A stretch of 64,000 nucleotides of DNA, taken from Hemiscyllium ocellatum. Its lineage: Eukaryota. The notes below the pieces were generated by a model. It saw only the letters and a program-made list of their open reading frames with translations. It did no database searches and was not told where the DNA came from. Positions 37,001-49,544 of the stretch are shown one piece after another (position 1 is the first letter of the stretch; the number at the start of each line of letters is the position of its first letter). The stretch covers positions 35,198,121-35,262,120 of the forward strand of contig NC_083435.1 in assembly GCF_020745735.1 (NCBI RefSeq). Reading direction: 5' to 3'. The position numbers and the translations under genes were made by a program.

Positions 37001-38510
37001 TGAGAATTTGCTGCTTACCTTTTCAATTTGCCATCATACTTCCCGTTGTTTTCCCTTCCCCTTCCACCAACTCACAAGTTTAAACTCCGAGTGACCATCC
37101 TATTTATCCTTTTCGATAGAACATAGATTCTCTGTCGGTTCAGGTGGAGACCGCCACCATCAGTACAGATCCACCAGTTCCAAAACTGATGCCAATGTCC
37201 CATGAAATGGAACACCTCTGACACACATCACTCTGTTAGCCACATGTTTACTTCCCTAATTTTATTATCACTAAGCCAATTTGCACATGGATCGGGGAGC
37301 AATCTGGAGATTACGACCCTCGAGGACTCGCTCCTTAATTTTCTTCCTCATGCAAGGTAATCCACAAACATGCCATCCTTCCTACCCTTGCCTATGCTGT
37401 TTGTCCCAAAGTGAATCACAACAACTGGATCCTCCCCCTCCCACTCCAACATTCTTTCAAGCCAGTCAAAAATATCCTGCACCCTGGCACCGAGCAGGCA
37501 ACACACCATGTGGGACTTCCAATCTGACCCCTAATTATAGAATCTCCTATAACTACCACGTGTCATTTTGCTCCCCTCTCTTGAATGGCTTTCTACCCCA
37601 TGTTGCCATGGTCAGTTGGCTCATCCTCCCCACAGCCATTTTCCTATCCACGCTGGGAGCAAGTATTGCCTACCTGTTGGATAAGGTCAAAAGCAGAAGC
37701 TCCTCCTTTCCTGAACTCAGGATCGCTCTACCTGCCTCACTTGCAGTCACACCCTGTTGTCCCATATCACTAACTGAATTTGTTAATCTGCCTCTTGCTG
37801 CTGTCCAAGCATATCAACTCACTCACCTCCTGAAATCACACTTCAACTGCAATGAAGGCCGCTGCTCTCAAGAGGTAAGTTTTTAAATAGAGAACTTCCT
37901 TCCTGACAGCCCCTGATATCCGCTCTTGTCACTCCCACTGCAGCAATGACAGGCGCCATTATTGAGGTCTATACAATCGTGAAGGGCATAGATAAGCCAA
38001 GATCTTTTTATCTCAGGATAGGGGAGTACAAAACTAAACGGCATAGGTTTAAAGTGAAAGGGGAAAGAATTAAAAGGGACCCGAGGAATGGCTCTTGTGC
38101 ATAGAGGGTGGTGCATGTATGGAACAAGCTGCCAGTGCAGGTAGGTTCAATTGCAACATTTAAAAGGACATTTGGACAGGTGCACTATTTAACACGATCA
38201 TAGCCTGATCATCAAAATGACTCTGCACAACATTCCCCACGGTCATCTCACTTCGTTTGCATTGAGTCTTTTTTGATACTTCTTGCTGGGTTTATCGTCC
38301 CTTCTTCACTTGACAATTTATGTTCCTGTTAAAGCATAAAATTTCATTTGAAAATCTACCCTCAAGAAAACTGCAATTCTTATGCAATAGAAACCAAATG
38401 TCAATTGTTACTGCTATAACTGAATGTTACAAACTCAAACATAATCATGGGCGTGTGTGAGAAAATATTGCAAGGTTGTTCTGTGATACATTAAGAAAAA
38501 TTTGCCATAC

Positions 38511-38615
38511 CTCTTCGTCTTCTCCACCATATAAATATGATAACAATGATTGCGAGTGAAACCAGTACAGCCAAGACAATCATCCCCACATTGTTGCTAT
38601 CCTTCACTTTTCCTT
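38511..38615 (-). CDS. MHC class I-like connecting peptide/transmembrane exon
   Basis: ttttcag|AA GGA...AGA G|gtatgg. 105 nt, phase 1-1. EGKVKDSNNVGMIVLAVLVSLAIIVIIFIWWRRRR: hydrophobic span plus basic stop-transfer. Confidence 0.88.
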
Positions 38616-41001
38616 CTGAAAAATATTAAGTAGCACTTTTATTATAAAGTTTTGAATTGATGGACAATAATATACATGATAATCGTCCAGTCATGACATT
38701 GCTGAAGTAATGATGATGTTTAATATGAATTGTATTCCCATGACATGAAGTGCACAATTTATCATTTTACGAAGGAGGGAGAGGGAAGGGAAGCGGAGGC
38801 TGCATCGGGGTTGAAAATCAAAGAAGAGGAGGGGAAGAGAGGGCCAGAAAAAGAAGTAAGTGAGGCGAAGAAATGAATGATGAGGCATTGGAATGGAGGG
38901 CTGGCTACAATTCTATTGGCCAGAAAAAAGCTTCTCAATTCAATGATGGGAGAATACGAGGTAAATTACATTCACACCTCTGTGCAGTGGACGCAAATGC
39001 AAAACCTGAAATTTTCACAGCGCTTGAGGAAAAGGCCAACCGATGTCCGAATCTGCTTGTTGAATCAGAACATATAAACAAGGTGCAGCAGTATGCCATT
39101 CAGTCACTCCAGTCTATGCCACTGTTCAACGAGATCAGAGCTTATCTGATTGCAACATCAAATCCACACATTCACTTCGCATGGTAACTTTTCTGCCCCG
39201 GGCTGAACAACAATCTAACCATCCCTGCCTTAAAAAGTATTCAAGAGCTCTGTTCCCACTACAATTTTACGAAGAAAACAGCAAACACTTGTGTCAATTC
39301 AAGAGAAAAACAATTTTCCTCACACTTTGTATTGTTTGTGAGCCATAGATCATGATTCTTTCATAAGAGGAAAGACCTTCTTCACATCTACCCTATCACA
39401 AACCCGCAGACCCTTATACGTTGCAACATGTGATCACTTACTCTTCTACGTTGCAGCAGATACAAAGATTACTCAGCCAAACCTATCTCAGTGAGACACT
39501 CCATTCAGTCCAAGTATGAAAACAGAAATGCTAAAGAAACTCATCTAGTCTCACAGCATGGTTGAAGAAATCAATCAAATCAGTAAAAGATCTTACTCCC
39601 AATAAAACATTGCGGTCAGAGGCCTGCTGCTTTGTTCCATCGAAGCTCAAAGAGTGCTCGACTGGCAGCATTTTATTCTCCACTTAGATATTTTACAGCA
39701 TTCAGGATTCAAAATGGAGTTGAATAACCTCTGAGCATGAACACTGTCCTTCATTTGCATCACAAAATCACCTAACCCCATGCCACTTGTTTGTGTCTTG
39801 TTGGATTTGCCTCAGAAGAGCTGACTTATTTTCTCCAGTACAATGTAATATGACTTCCCATTTTGTATCTCAATCCCTCCTTATCACCTTCTCTTTTGAT
39901 CTGAGCTCCCTTACTATCTATTCCTCTTTCTCCTCTTCCCTCTTTATCAACATACAAACACACAAAAAAACCTTTTTCCAGTTCCATTCAGTTTCAAGGA
40001 GAGCCACTTGACTAAGAATGTTAACACATGTCCTCTTTCCAAACATCCCGTCAGAACTGGTGAGTTTCATCAGCATTTTATATTTATGTTTTAGACTTGC
40101 AGCATCCACAGTATTTGGTTTTTATACACACTTATTCCAGGTGTTGATCAGGGATACCTTCTTTCAACTGTCACCAATTCACTTACATCCTTTCATAAAT
40201 AACATGATGGGTAAATGCACAGTATTCAACTTGTAGTTTCACCAGTGCCCTGGATACCACGCACTATGTACAGGAATATTACATTCGGTCCTTCCAGCAT
40301 GTTTCACTCTTTAGCGTGATCACGACTCTTTCTCTGTCGCAATGTGATATTTCTGCTTTCTCCCCAAACAACTTGATAGTTTTCAAATCTTCAAAAACTT
40401 CTATTTCTTTCTTAAATATCTTCAGTGACTGTCTCCGCAGCCGGCTTTGGTAGAGAATTCCACAGGTTCAGTCCACTGCAAGTCCCTCATCTCAGTCCAA
40501 AATCATCAACACTTTGTCCTGAGATCATGTCCCACGGTTTGCGACTACTCTACCACGGTAAACAACCTCACCTCATCCAGTCTGTTCAGGCCTGTTAGAA
40601 GCATATGTTATTCAATCAGATCCCTTCTTATTCTTGAAACCCAAGTGACTACAGGCCGAGTCATCCCCTGCATCCGCAGTGTAAACTTCCACTGCATTTT
40701 CTCTCTGGTAACTACATCCTTTCATTGGGAGAGAGACCAAACCTGCATGCAAAGCCCCAGTTTGACTTCACTGTACTACTGCAGTCGTACGTCACTATTT
40801 CTGAACTCAAATCCTTCTGCAGTGAAACATTTGCTTTCTGAATTGATAGTGCATCTGCCTGTGTTCTTTCATTGACTGATGTACAAGGACACACAGGTCC
40901 CTTTATGCATTCACATTTCCCAATATATCTTTCAAGTAATATGCTTTCTTTTTGTTATTCACACTGAAGTGGAAAACTTCACATTTAAGGATGGTGATTT
41001 T

Positions 41002-43800
41002 GGGAAGGCAATGGTATGATCGTGAGACTATTAATTCAGACTCTCAGATTTGAGACCCGCCACCTCAGACTGGGAAATTTGAATTCAATTTTAAAAATAG
41101 AATTAAGTATCTTCTGATGACGATGAAACCATTGCCAAATGTTGGAAAAACTCATCAGGTTCACTCATGTCATTCAGGGAAGGAAATCTGCCATTTTCTC
41201 CTGCTCTGGTGTCCATATGACTCCAGTCCCACTCTCCAGTACTCTCAAAAATGGCACAAGCAAGCTGTTCAGTTGTACAAAGTTTCAAAGAAATTAAACT
41301 GGATGGATCATCATACACCAGAAAAGACAACGGCAGAAACAGTCCAGTCGACCTTGTAAACGCCTCCTCACTAACATCTGAGGTTTAGTGCTAAAATTGG
41401 AAGGGCTGCCCAATGGACTAGTCAAGCAACAGACTGACATAGTTATACTCACGAAATCATGCCTTACAGACAACATCCCAGATGCCACCATTGTCGTCCC
41501 TGGACATGTCCTGTCTCTCCAGCAGGACAGAGCTAGCAGAGGTGGTGGCACAGTGGTATACAGTCAGGAAGGAGTTTCCCTGGGGGTCCTCAACATTGAC
41601 TCTGGATTCCATGCAATCTCATGGCTTCAGGTTAAACATAGACAATGAAATCTCCTGCTGATTACGATGCACCACCCTGCCTCACCTGATGAATCCGAAC
41701 TCCTCCATCTTGAACAACACTTCAAGGAAGCACTGAGGATGGTAAGGGCACATAATGTACTCTGGGTGGGCAATTTCAATAACCAAGAGTGGGTCAGCAG
41801 CAGCAGCAGCAATACTGATCAAGCTGGCCGAGTCCTAAAGGACATAACTGCTAGACTGGACATGTGGCAGGTGGAGAAGGAACCAGCAAGATGAGAAAAC
41901 AGAATTGACCTCATTCTTACCAATCTTCCAGCTGCAGATGCATCTGTCCACGACAGTACCAGTAAGAGTGACCACTCCACAGCCCTTGTGGAGACAAAGT
42001 CCCACCTTCACTTGAGAATAACCTTCATCGCTATGTGTCATTATCACTGTGCTCAATGGAACAGACTTCAAACAGATCTAGCCACTCAAGGCTGCACATC
42101 CAAGAGGCACATGAGCAACCAACAGCAGCAGAACTGTATACCATCACAGGCTGTAATTTCATGGCCCGGTATATAGCCCACTCAACCTTGGTTCAATGGA
42201 GAGAACAGGAGGGCATGCCAGGAGCAGCGCCAGGCATACCTGAAGATGAGGTGTCAACCTAGTGAAGCCACCAAATGGGACTACTTACAATCAAAAAAAA
42301 AGCAGCAACTGATAGATAGAGCAAAGCGATTCTACCAACAATGGTTCATACATAAGCTCTGCAGTCCTGCCACATCCATTCGTGAATGATGGTGGATGAT
42401 TGAACAACTCACTGGAGGAGGAGGAGGCTCCATAAATATCCCAATCCTCAATGATGGAAGAGCCCAATATGTCAGTGTGAAAGATAAGGCTCCAACTTTC
42501 GCAGATGTTTTCAGCTAACAGTGCAGAGTGGATGATCCACCTCAGCCTCCTCCAGTGGTCCCCAGCATTACAGTTATCAGTCTTCAGTCCATTTGATTCA
42601 CTCCATATGTCATCAAGAAATGGCTGGAGGCACCTCATACTGCAAAAGCTATGGGCCCTGAAAACATTTGAGCAGCAGTACTGAAGCCTTGTACTCCAGA
42701 ACTTAGTGATCCCTAAGACAAGCTGTTCCAGTACAGTTACAATACTGGCATCTTCCTGACAATTTAGAAAACTGCCCAGTATGTCCTGCATATAAAATGC
42801 AGGACAAATCCAACCCAGCCAATCCTGATCATCAGTAAAGTGGTGGAAAGTGTTTTCAACAGCGTTCTCAAGCAGCACTTGCTCAGCAATAACCTGCTCA
42901 GTGATGCCCAGTTTAGGTTCTACCAGGGCCACTCAGCTCCTGACCTCAGTACAGTCTGGTTTCAAACATGGACAAAAGAGCTGAATTCCAGAGGGGAGGT
43001 GAGAGTGACAGCCCTTGACATCAACGCTACGTTTGAATGAGTGTGGCATCATGGAGCCTGAGCAAAACTAGAACCAATGGGTATTGGGGGAAAGCCGCCC
43101 AGTGGATAGAGTCATACCTGACACATAGGAAGATGACCGTGGTGATTGGAGGTCAGTTATTTTAGCTCCAGGACATCTCTGCAGGAGTTCCTCAGGATAG
43201 TGTCCTAGGCCCAAACATCTTCAGCTGCTTCATCAATAATCTTCCCTTCTTTGTAAATTCAGAAGTGGGAGATGTTCACTGATGATTGTACAATGTTCAG
43301 CACCATTCACAACTCTCAGACACTGATACAGTCCTTGTTCAAATGCAACAAAACCTGGACAATATCTAGGCTTGGACTAATAAGTGGCAAGTAACATTCA
43401 TGCCACATAAAGGACATTCTATGACCAAAACCACAAGAGACAATCTAGGCACCACCCTTGATATTCAATAGCATTACCATCACTGAATCCCCTACCTTCA
43501 ACATCCTGGGAGTTATCATTGATCAGAAACTCAACTGGACTCACCACATAAATGCAGTGTCTACAAGAGCAGGTCAGAGGCTAGGAATACTGCAGCGGGT
43601 TACTCACTTCCTGACTCCCAAAATCCTATCCACCATCTACAAGGCGCAAGTCAGGAGTGTGATGGAATATTCCTCATTTGACTGAATAAGCACAGCTCCA
43701 ACAACACTCAAGAAGCTTGACACCACCAGCACAAAGCAACCCACTTGAGTGGCACTACATCCTCAAAGCATCCACTTTCTCCACCACCGATGCTCAATAG
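41002..43800 (+). mobile_element. Near full-length degraded L2/CR1-group LINE with a tRNA/SINE-like head, APE endonuclease and RT
   Basis: APE remnant DIVILTKSCL..QDRASRGGGTVVY (41388-41648) and RT remnant LSDAQFRFYQGHSAPDL..VTALDI (42840-43040). No ORF1 is visible between the head and ORF2. Confidence 0.8.
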
Positions 43801-43829
43801 CAGCACTGTGCAGGATATGGAAGCTAAAC

Positions 43830-45375
43830 AACTTAGAAAAATAAATGGTCATATTTTGAATTGGGTCCATATTACAGAGCAGGTGGTACTGGACATCTTA
43901 AAATACATAATGGTGGATAAACCCCCAGGACATGATCAGGTGTATCCCAAATCTTTGTCGGAAGCTAGAGAAACGAATGCATGGTCCCCTCGTCAATAGC
44001 CATGGGTGAGGTGCTGAAAGGTTGTAAGGTGGATAATGTGATGCTGCTATTTAAGAAGGGTGGTAAGGAAAAGCCAGGGAGCTATCAACTGAAAAGCCTG
44101 ATATCAGTGGTGGGAAAGTTGTTGCAGGGGATGGGTTCTTTCTGTGTTTGGGAGGTTAAGGACAGAGTAGGGATAGTCAATGTGGCTTTGTGAGTGGGAA
44201 CTCATCTCTCACTAACTTGACGGAGTTTTTTGAAGAAGTTGCAAAAAAAAACTGATGAAGGCAAAATGGTGGAATTTGTCTATATGGACTTCAGCAAGGG
44301 GTTCAACAAGTTCCACATAATTGACTGGTTAGCAAGGTTAGGTTGCATGAAATCCAGGGAGAGCGAGCTATTTGGTTACAAAGCTGGCTTGAAGGTAAAA
44401 GACACAAGGTGGGGGTAGAGGGCTGTTTTTCAGGCTGGAGTCATTTGATCTGGGGTGTATCACAAGGATTGGTGCTGGATCCACTGCTTTTTGACATTTA
44501 CACAAATGATTTAGACGTGAACATAGCAGGAATGGTTAGTGAGTTTGCAGATGGCACCAAAATTGGTGGTGCGGTGGGCAGTGAAGAAAATAACCTCAGG
44601 GTACAGTAGGACTTGATCAGATGGACAATAGGCTGAGAAGTGGCAGATGGAGTTTAGTTGAAATACACTGTAGAGGATATTGCATTTCAATAAGGCAGCA
44701 GATGTACAGTTCCTTGGAGTTGAAAGCACGGGCAGAAGGCGGCATTTGGTACACTTGCCTTTATTGACAAGTATATGGAGCATAGGAGTTGGGATGTCAT
44801 GCTGCAGCTCTACAGGGCATTGGTTAGGCCACTCTTGGAATGTTACATTCAGTTCTGGTCTCTGTACTATAGAAAAGATGCTGTTAAACTTGAACATGTG
44901 CAGAAAACATTTACGAGGATGTTGCTGGGATTGAAGTGTTTTGGCTGTGCAGAGGCTGAATAGGCTGGGCATATTTTCACTGGCGTACTGGAAGCTGAGG
45001 GGTGGCCTTATAGAGGTTTATAAATTCATGAGGGGCATCGATTAGGTGAATAGTCAAGGACTTTTCCTCAGGTAGCAGATTTCCAAAACTAGAGGACACG
45101 GATTTACGGTGAGAGGGGAAAAGATATCAAACAGAACAAAGGGCAACTTTATCACACAAAGGGCTGTGTGTATGGAATGAGTTACAGAGGAGATGGCAGA
45201 GGCTGGTACAATTACAACATTTAAAAAGCATCTGTATGAGCACTTGAATAGGAAGGGTTTTGAGGGATATGAGCCAAATGCTGGCAAATGGGAGTAGATT
45301 AATTTAGGATAACTGGTCTGCATGGACGATTTGGACCAAAGGGTCTGTTTGCATGCTGTACATCTCTATGACCTG
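43830..45375 (+). mobile_element. CR1 (HER1-like) LINE, RT to 3' end
   Basis: GVSQGLVLDPLLFDIYTNDLD..SEFADGTKIGG and LQLYRALVRPLLECYIQFWS; 3' end ggtctgtttgcatgctgtacatctctatga. Confidence 0.85.
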
Positions 45376-46141
45376 ACATTATCCTGCCCCCATCCCCGTC
45401 CTCTCACTATACCTGGCAACATCTCATCAAAACAATTTTCAAAATCAAAGCGCACCCTAGTTATTGCTTATCTATTCTATTACTTACATCCTCAAAATAT
45501 GTCAGCAGACTTGTTCAGTCTGATTTGCCTTTCAGAAACCCATGCTGTCATTGTCCAATCCTGTTAATCCTTTCCAAATGTCATTTATCACACCTCCTGA
45601 TGGTTGGCTAACTCATCTGTAATTCACTGTTGTTTCTTTCCTTCCTTTTCAAATAACAGCATTACCCTTGTCACTCGCCTATCTGTAGGAACTGCTATAG
45701 AAGTTTGGAAGGCACACACCAATTTACTTAATTGTTTCTGGCCCTGTTTCTTGGCCAGGATCTAAACTGTAGTAACAGAAGCCCAACCTCCTTAATTTTG
45801 CCTTTACGATAAATGATAACATTCTGTTACTTTCCCAATAACTTGCTGTACCTGCATGCAAATCATTTGGTGATTCATGCAGTGGGATACCTGGATCCCT
45901 TTGCATTTCAGACAGCTGCAATCTCTCATCATTCTGATAGCATGGTATCGTTATTCCTCCAACAAAAATTGATTTACAAAAAATGGCGGTTAAGGAGAGA
46001 TGCATGAGCTCGTCAGGATTTTTCTTCTGTTTTTGAAACTACCTTCAGCTACGAAACTTGGCTGAAATATACAATATTGAAGATTTGGATTTGGAGATGT
46101 CGGTGTTGGACTGGGATGTATAAAGTTAAAAATCACACAAG

Positions 46142-47325
46142 TAAAAAGTGAGGTCTGCAGATGCTGGAGATCAGAGCTGAAAATGTGTTGCTGGTTAAAG
46201 CACAGCAGATCAGGCAGCATCCAAGGAACAGGAAATTCGATGTTTCGGGCCAGAGCCCTTCATCAGGAATGAGGAGAGTGTGCCAGGCAGGCTAAGATAA
46301 AAGGTAGGGAGGAGGGACTTGGGGGAGGGGCGATGGAGATGTGATAGGTGGAAGGAGGTCAAGGTGAGGGTGATAGGCTGGAGTGGGGTGGGGGCGGAGA
46401 GGTCAGGAAGAAGATTGCAGGTTAGGAGGGCGGTGCTGAGTTCAAGGGAATCGACTGAGACAAGGTGCGGGGAGGGGAAATGAGGAAACTGGAGAAATCT
46501 GAGTTCATCCCTTGTGGTTGGAGGGTTCCCAGGCGGAAGATGAGGCGCTCTTCCTCCAACCGTCGTGTTGTTATGTTCTGGCGATGGAGGAGTCCAAGGA
46601 CCTGCATGTCCTCGGTGGAGTGGGAGGGAGAGTTAAAGTGTTGAGCCACGGGGTGGTTGGGTTGTTGGTCCGGGCGTCCCAGACGTGTTCCCTGAAGCGT
46701 TCCGCAAGTAGGCGGCCCGTCTCCCCATTATAGGCCACATCAGGTATAGCGGATGCAATAGATGATGTGTGTGGAGGTGCAGGTGAATTTGTGGTGGATA
46801 TGGAAGAATCCCTTGGGGCCTTGGAGAGAAGTAAGGGAGGAGGTGTGGGCGCAAGTTTTCCATTTCCTGCGGTTGCAGGGGAAGGTGCTGGGAGTAGAGG
46901 TTGGGTTGGTGGGGGGTGTGGACCTGACGAGGGAGTCACGAAGGGAGTGGTCTTTGCGGAACGCTGATAGGGAAGGGGAGGGAAATATATCCCTGGTGGT
47001 GGGGTCCGTTTGGAGGTGGCGGAAATGACGGCGGATGATACGCTGTATACGGAGGTTGGTAGGGTGGTAGGTGAGAACCAGTGGGGTTCTGTCTTGGTGG
47101 CGGTTGGAGGGGCGGGGCTCAAGGGCGGAGGAGCGGGAAGTGGAGGAGATGCGGTGGAGGGCATCATCGATCACGTCTGGAGGGAATCTGCGGTCCTTGA
47201 AGAAGGAGGCCATCTGGGCTGTACGGTATTGGAACTGGTCCTCCTGGGAGCAGATGCGGCGGAGACGAAGGAATTGGGAATATGGGATGGCGTGTTTACA
47301 GGGGGCAGGGTGGGAGGAGGTGTAG
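46142..47325 (-). mobile_element. Neptune-type Penelope-like element (family N2), 5'-truncated, nested in an N1 terminal remnant
   Basis: AIPYSQFLRLRRICS thumb, FPCNRRKWKTC linker, and GIY-YIG remnant (GETGRLLAERFREH; LEEERLIFRLGTLQPQGMN). 15-bp TSD TAAAAATCACACAAG at 46127-46141 and 47326-47340. Confidence 0.88.
46235..46270 (-). ncRNA. Hammerhead motif of the N2 PLE (stem III decayed)
   Basis: AUUC-CUGAUGA-A-GGGC(ucug)GCCC-GAA-ACAU-C-GAAU. ACAU is one CpG transition from palindromic ACGU. Confidence 0.55.
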
Positions 47326-47375
47326 TAAAAATCACACAAGACCAGGTTATAGTCCAACAGGTTTAATTGGAAGCA

Positions 47376-47407
47376 CACTAGCTTTCGGAGCGATGCTCCT
47401 TCATCAG
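47376..47407 (-). ncRNA. Hammerhead motif of the N1 PLE remnant
   Basis: CUGAUGA-A-GGAGC(auc)GCUCC-GAA-AGCU-A-GUG with palindromic AGCU. The 5' strand of stem I is lost at the truncation. Confidence 0.5.
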
Positions 47408-47523
47408 ATTTGGAGTAGTGGAGTAGACTGTGCTCTGATAGGCTTTTAGAGATTCAATTGCTTCAGAGCCTGTGGAGAACACATCAATCATTAGTTGTAG
47501 GAGGATCTAATGATACTGCTTAC

Positions 47524-47790
47524 CCCACAGGACAGTCTTTCCATCCGGGATGCTGCTGTGCTCAATATGACAAGCATATTGGTTGCCATCATACGGGTCA
47601 AATTGGAGGGTTGTCTTCAGTTGGAAAGTCCCATCTTGGTTGGGTAATAACCCAGAAGAGGTCGTCTCATCGGCATGTTTTCCATTCTTCAGCCAGGTCA
47701 CATTGATGGGTTGTGGGTAAAATCCAATCACAACGCAGTGCAGGAACCAGTGATGGCCATCCTTGGCAATAAGTGAGACCTCAGGAGAAA
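47524..47790 (-). CDS. MHC class I-like alpha3 (C1-set Ig) exon
   Basis: gtcatacag|TT TCT...TGG G|gtaagc. 267 nt. LHCVVIGFYPQPINVTW..PNQDGTFQL..YACHIEHSS. Confidence 0.93.
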
Positions 47791-47964
47791 CTGTATGACA
47801 CAAAGACATCAGCATCAACCTAAATCACAAGTTACATCATGAAGTTAATGGAATTTGAAACAGCCACTGGTTAAAACGTACACAGTGAGAAGTGTCACAC
47901 ATAAGTCAATGTATTCCACACGAACTAAGCAGAAAATTTGAAATAGTTTTTCTTCGGAACTTAC

Positions 47965-48240
47965 TTTTTCTGCTTAAAGAGGCATTTCCAACGAAATAGA
48001 TTGCCTTCCATTGTTCTATACAATCATTTTCCAGCAGATTCTTGAAGTAATGGTTCATCTTTGTTTCCTTATCCCATTTTGTTTTGAATTCCTCTGCAAC
48101 TGGATCATGTACAATCCAGACTAATGCATCTTTGTCAAAACTGAGGATGTATTTGCCATCAAGAGCAAACTTCAAAATCCCTTCATTCGGAGTGGCCTCA
48201 TGTAGTTCACAGCCAAATAGTCCTTGTAGGTAATGGGTTC
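47965..48240 (-). CDS. MHC class I-like alpha2 exon
   Basis: gttttag|GA ACC...AAA A|gtaagt. 276 nt. THYLQGLFGCE..FALDGK..W..KW..LENDCIE with the C101-C164 pair. Confidence 0.93.
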
Positions 48241-49544
48241 CTAAAACATTAATTCAGTGCATGAGTCCTTCAACATTTATTGTCTCTGATCAAATCAAAT
48301 CCGAGAATTTCAGTTTTCCCTTTGTTACTTCACACCCAGTTATTCTCATCATTAGTTAAGAACTGAATAAAGTACATGAAACAAGTGTACAAGCTTTATC
48401 AGGTACAGCAGAACAATTACCTGTTGCCACCAAATGAAGCCAAAGTTATGAAAGAGTGAGAGATGAGGGGAGGATGAGAGGCTGGGGCAGGTGCAATATT
48501 TGGAAGGCAAGTGTAGTTGAAGCCACAACCAGATTACTCATAATCTCATAGGTGGAGGAGTAGGATCAAAGGGTTGAATGGCCTCCTCCCTCTCTTACGT
48601 TCCTATGTGAAATTCAAACCTGCTGCTTCCAGTGTTTTTTCTCTTCAATTATGCATTATGTTCAGTTCTCAGTTATGCTGCAACACCAGTTTCAGTAATC
48701 ATGCCATTGGTACTCGGGGATAGAGGCTGGGAATACAGATTTTCACTGTTACTCTCAAGTGTCTAGGGTGTACTTTGTTAACCATGAGAATGCCCAGTCT
48801 TGAGGAAATTTCTCAAACATCAAGTTAATTTCAAACACCTGAATTCATCTATTTCTGTGAAAATAAATTTGATTTCTCAACTACTGTACAATGGTGGACT
48901 AGAGGAAGAACACCTCATCTTCCATTTTAGGACCCATCAACCACACAGCATCAACACCAACTTCACTAGTTTCCAAATCACCCCACCTCATCCCAGATCC
49001 AACCCTTCAACCTGGCACCGCCAACGTGACCTGTTCATCTTCCTTCCCACCTAGCTGCTCCATCCTCCCATCCCCACCGACCTATCACAATTACCTCCCA
49101 CCTGCATCCAACTCTCACGTTCCCACCTATCTTGACCACCCCACTCCCCCACTTCTCCCTCCATATTCTTGATGAAATGCTTATGCCCGACACGTCGACT
49201 CTCCTACTCCCCAGATGCTGCCTGACCAGCTGTGCTTTTCCAATGCCACACTTTTTAACTGGTATTTTTGGTTACTTTCTCATAGCCACTTGCAGGAATT
49301 TAAAAAAGAAACCTAGGTTTCCTTCAGGCCAGAGACCCATATATCCAATTCAGGTGTAAAGCTGCACTCTGTTGTTCATATTCCCCTGATAGTAACATTA
49401 AAATGTCTTCTGGCAGCTGAGCTCCAATTCTGTGGAGTTGCTAAACGATTGGCCACGAACAATCAGACAGCCAAGCACCCTCTTCAACTACAGAGTCAGT
49501 TACAATTGTGAGGATTAGTAACGACCGTATTGCTAGACTATTAA

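Noticed and set aside
37281-37886. 201-aa plus-strand ORF
   Set aside because: It has no recognisable domain or splice context, lies antisense in the class I 3' region, and the DNA looks like degraded repeat sequence.
42291-42932. 213-aa minus-strand ORF
   Set aside because: It is antisense to LINE ORF2.
46571-47366. Several overlapping 80-200 aa ORFs on both strands
   Set aside because: These are alternative or antisense frames of the GC-rich Neptune PLE. Only the RT-thumb/GIY-YIG frame has recognisable motifs.
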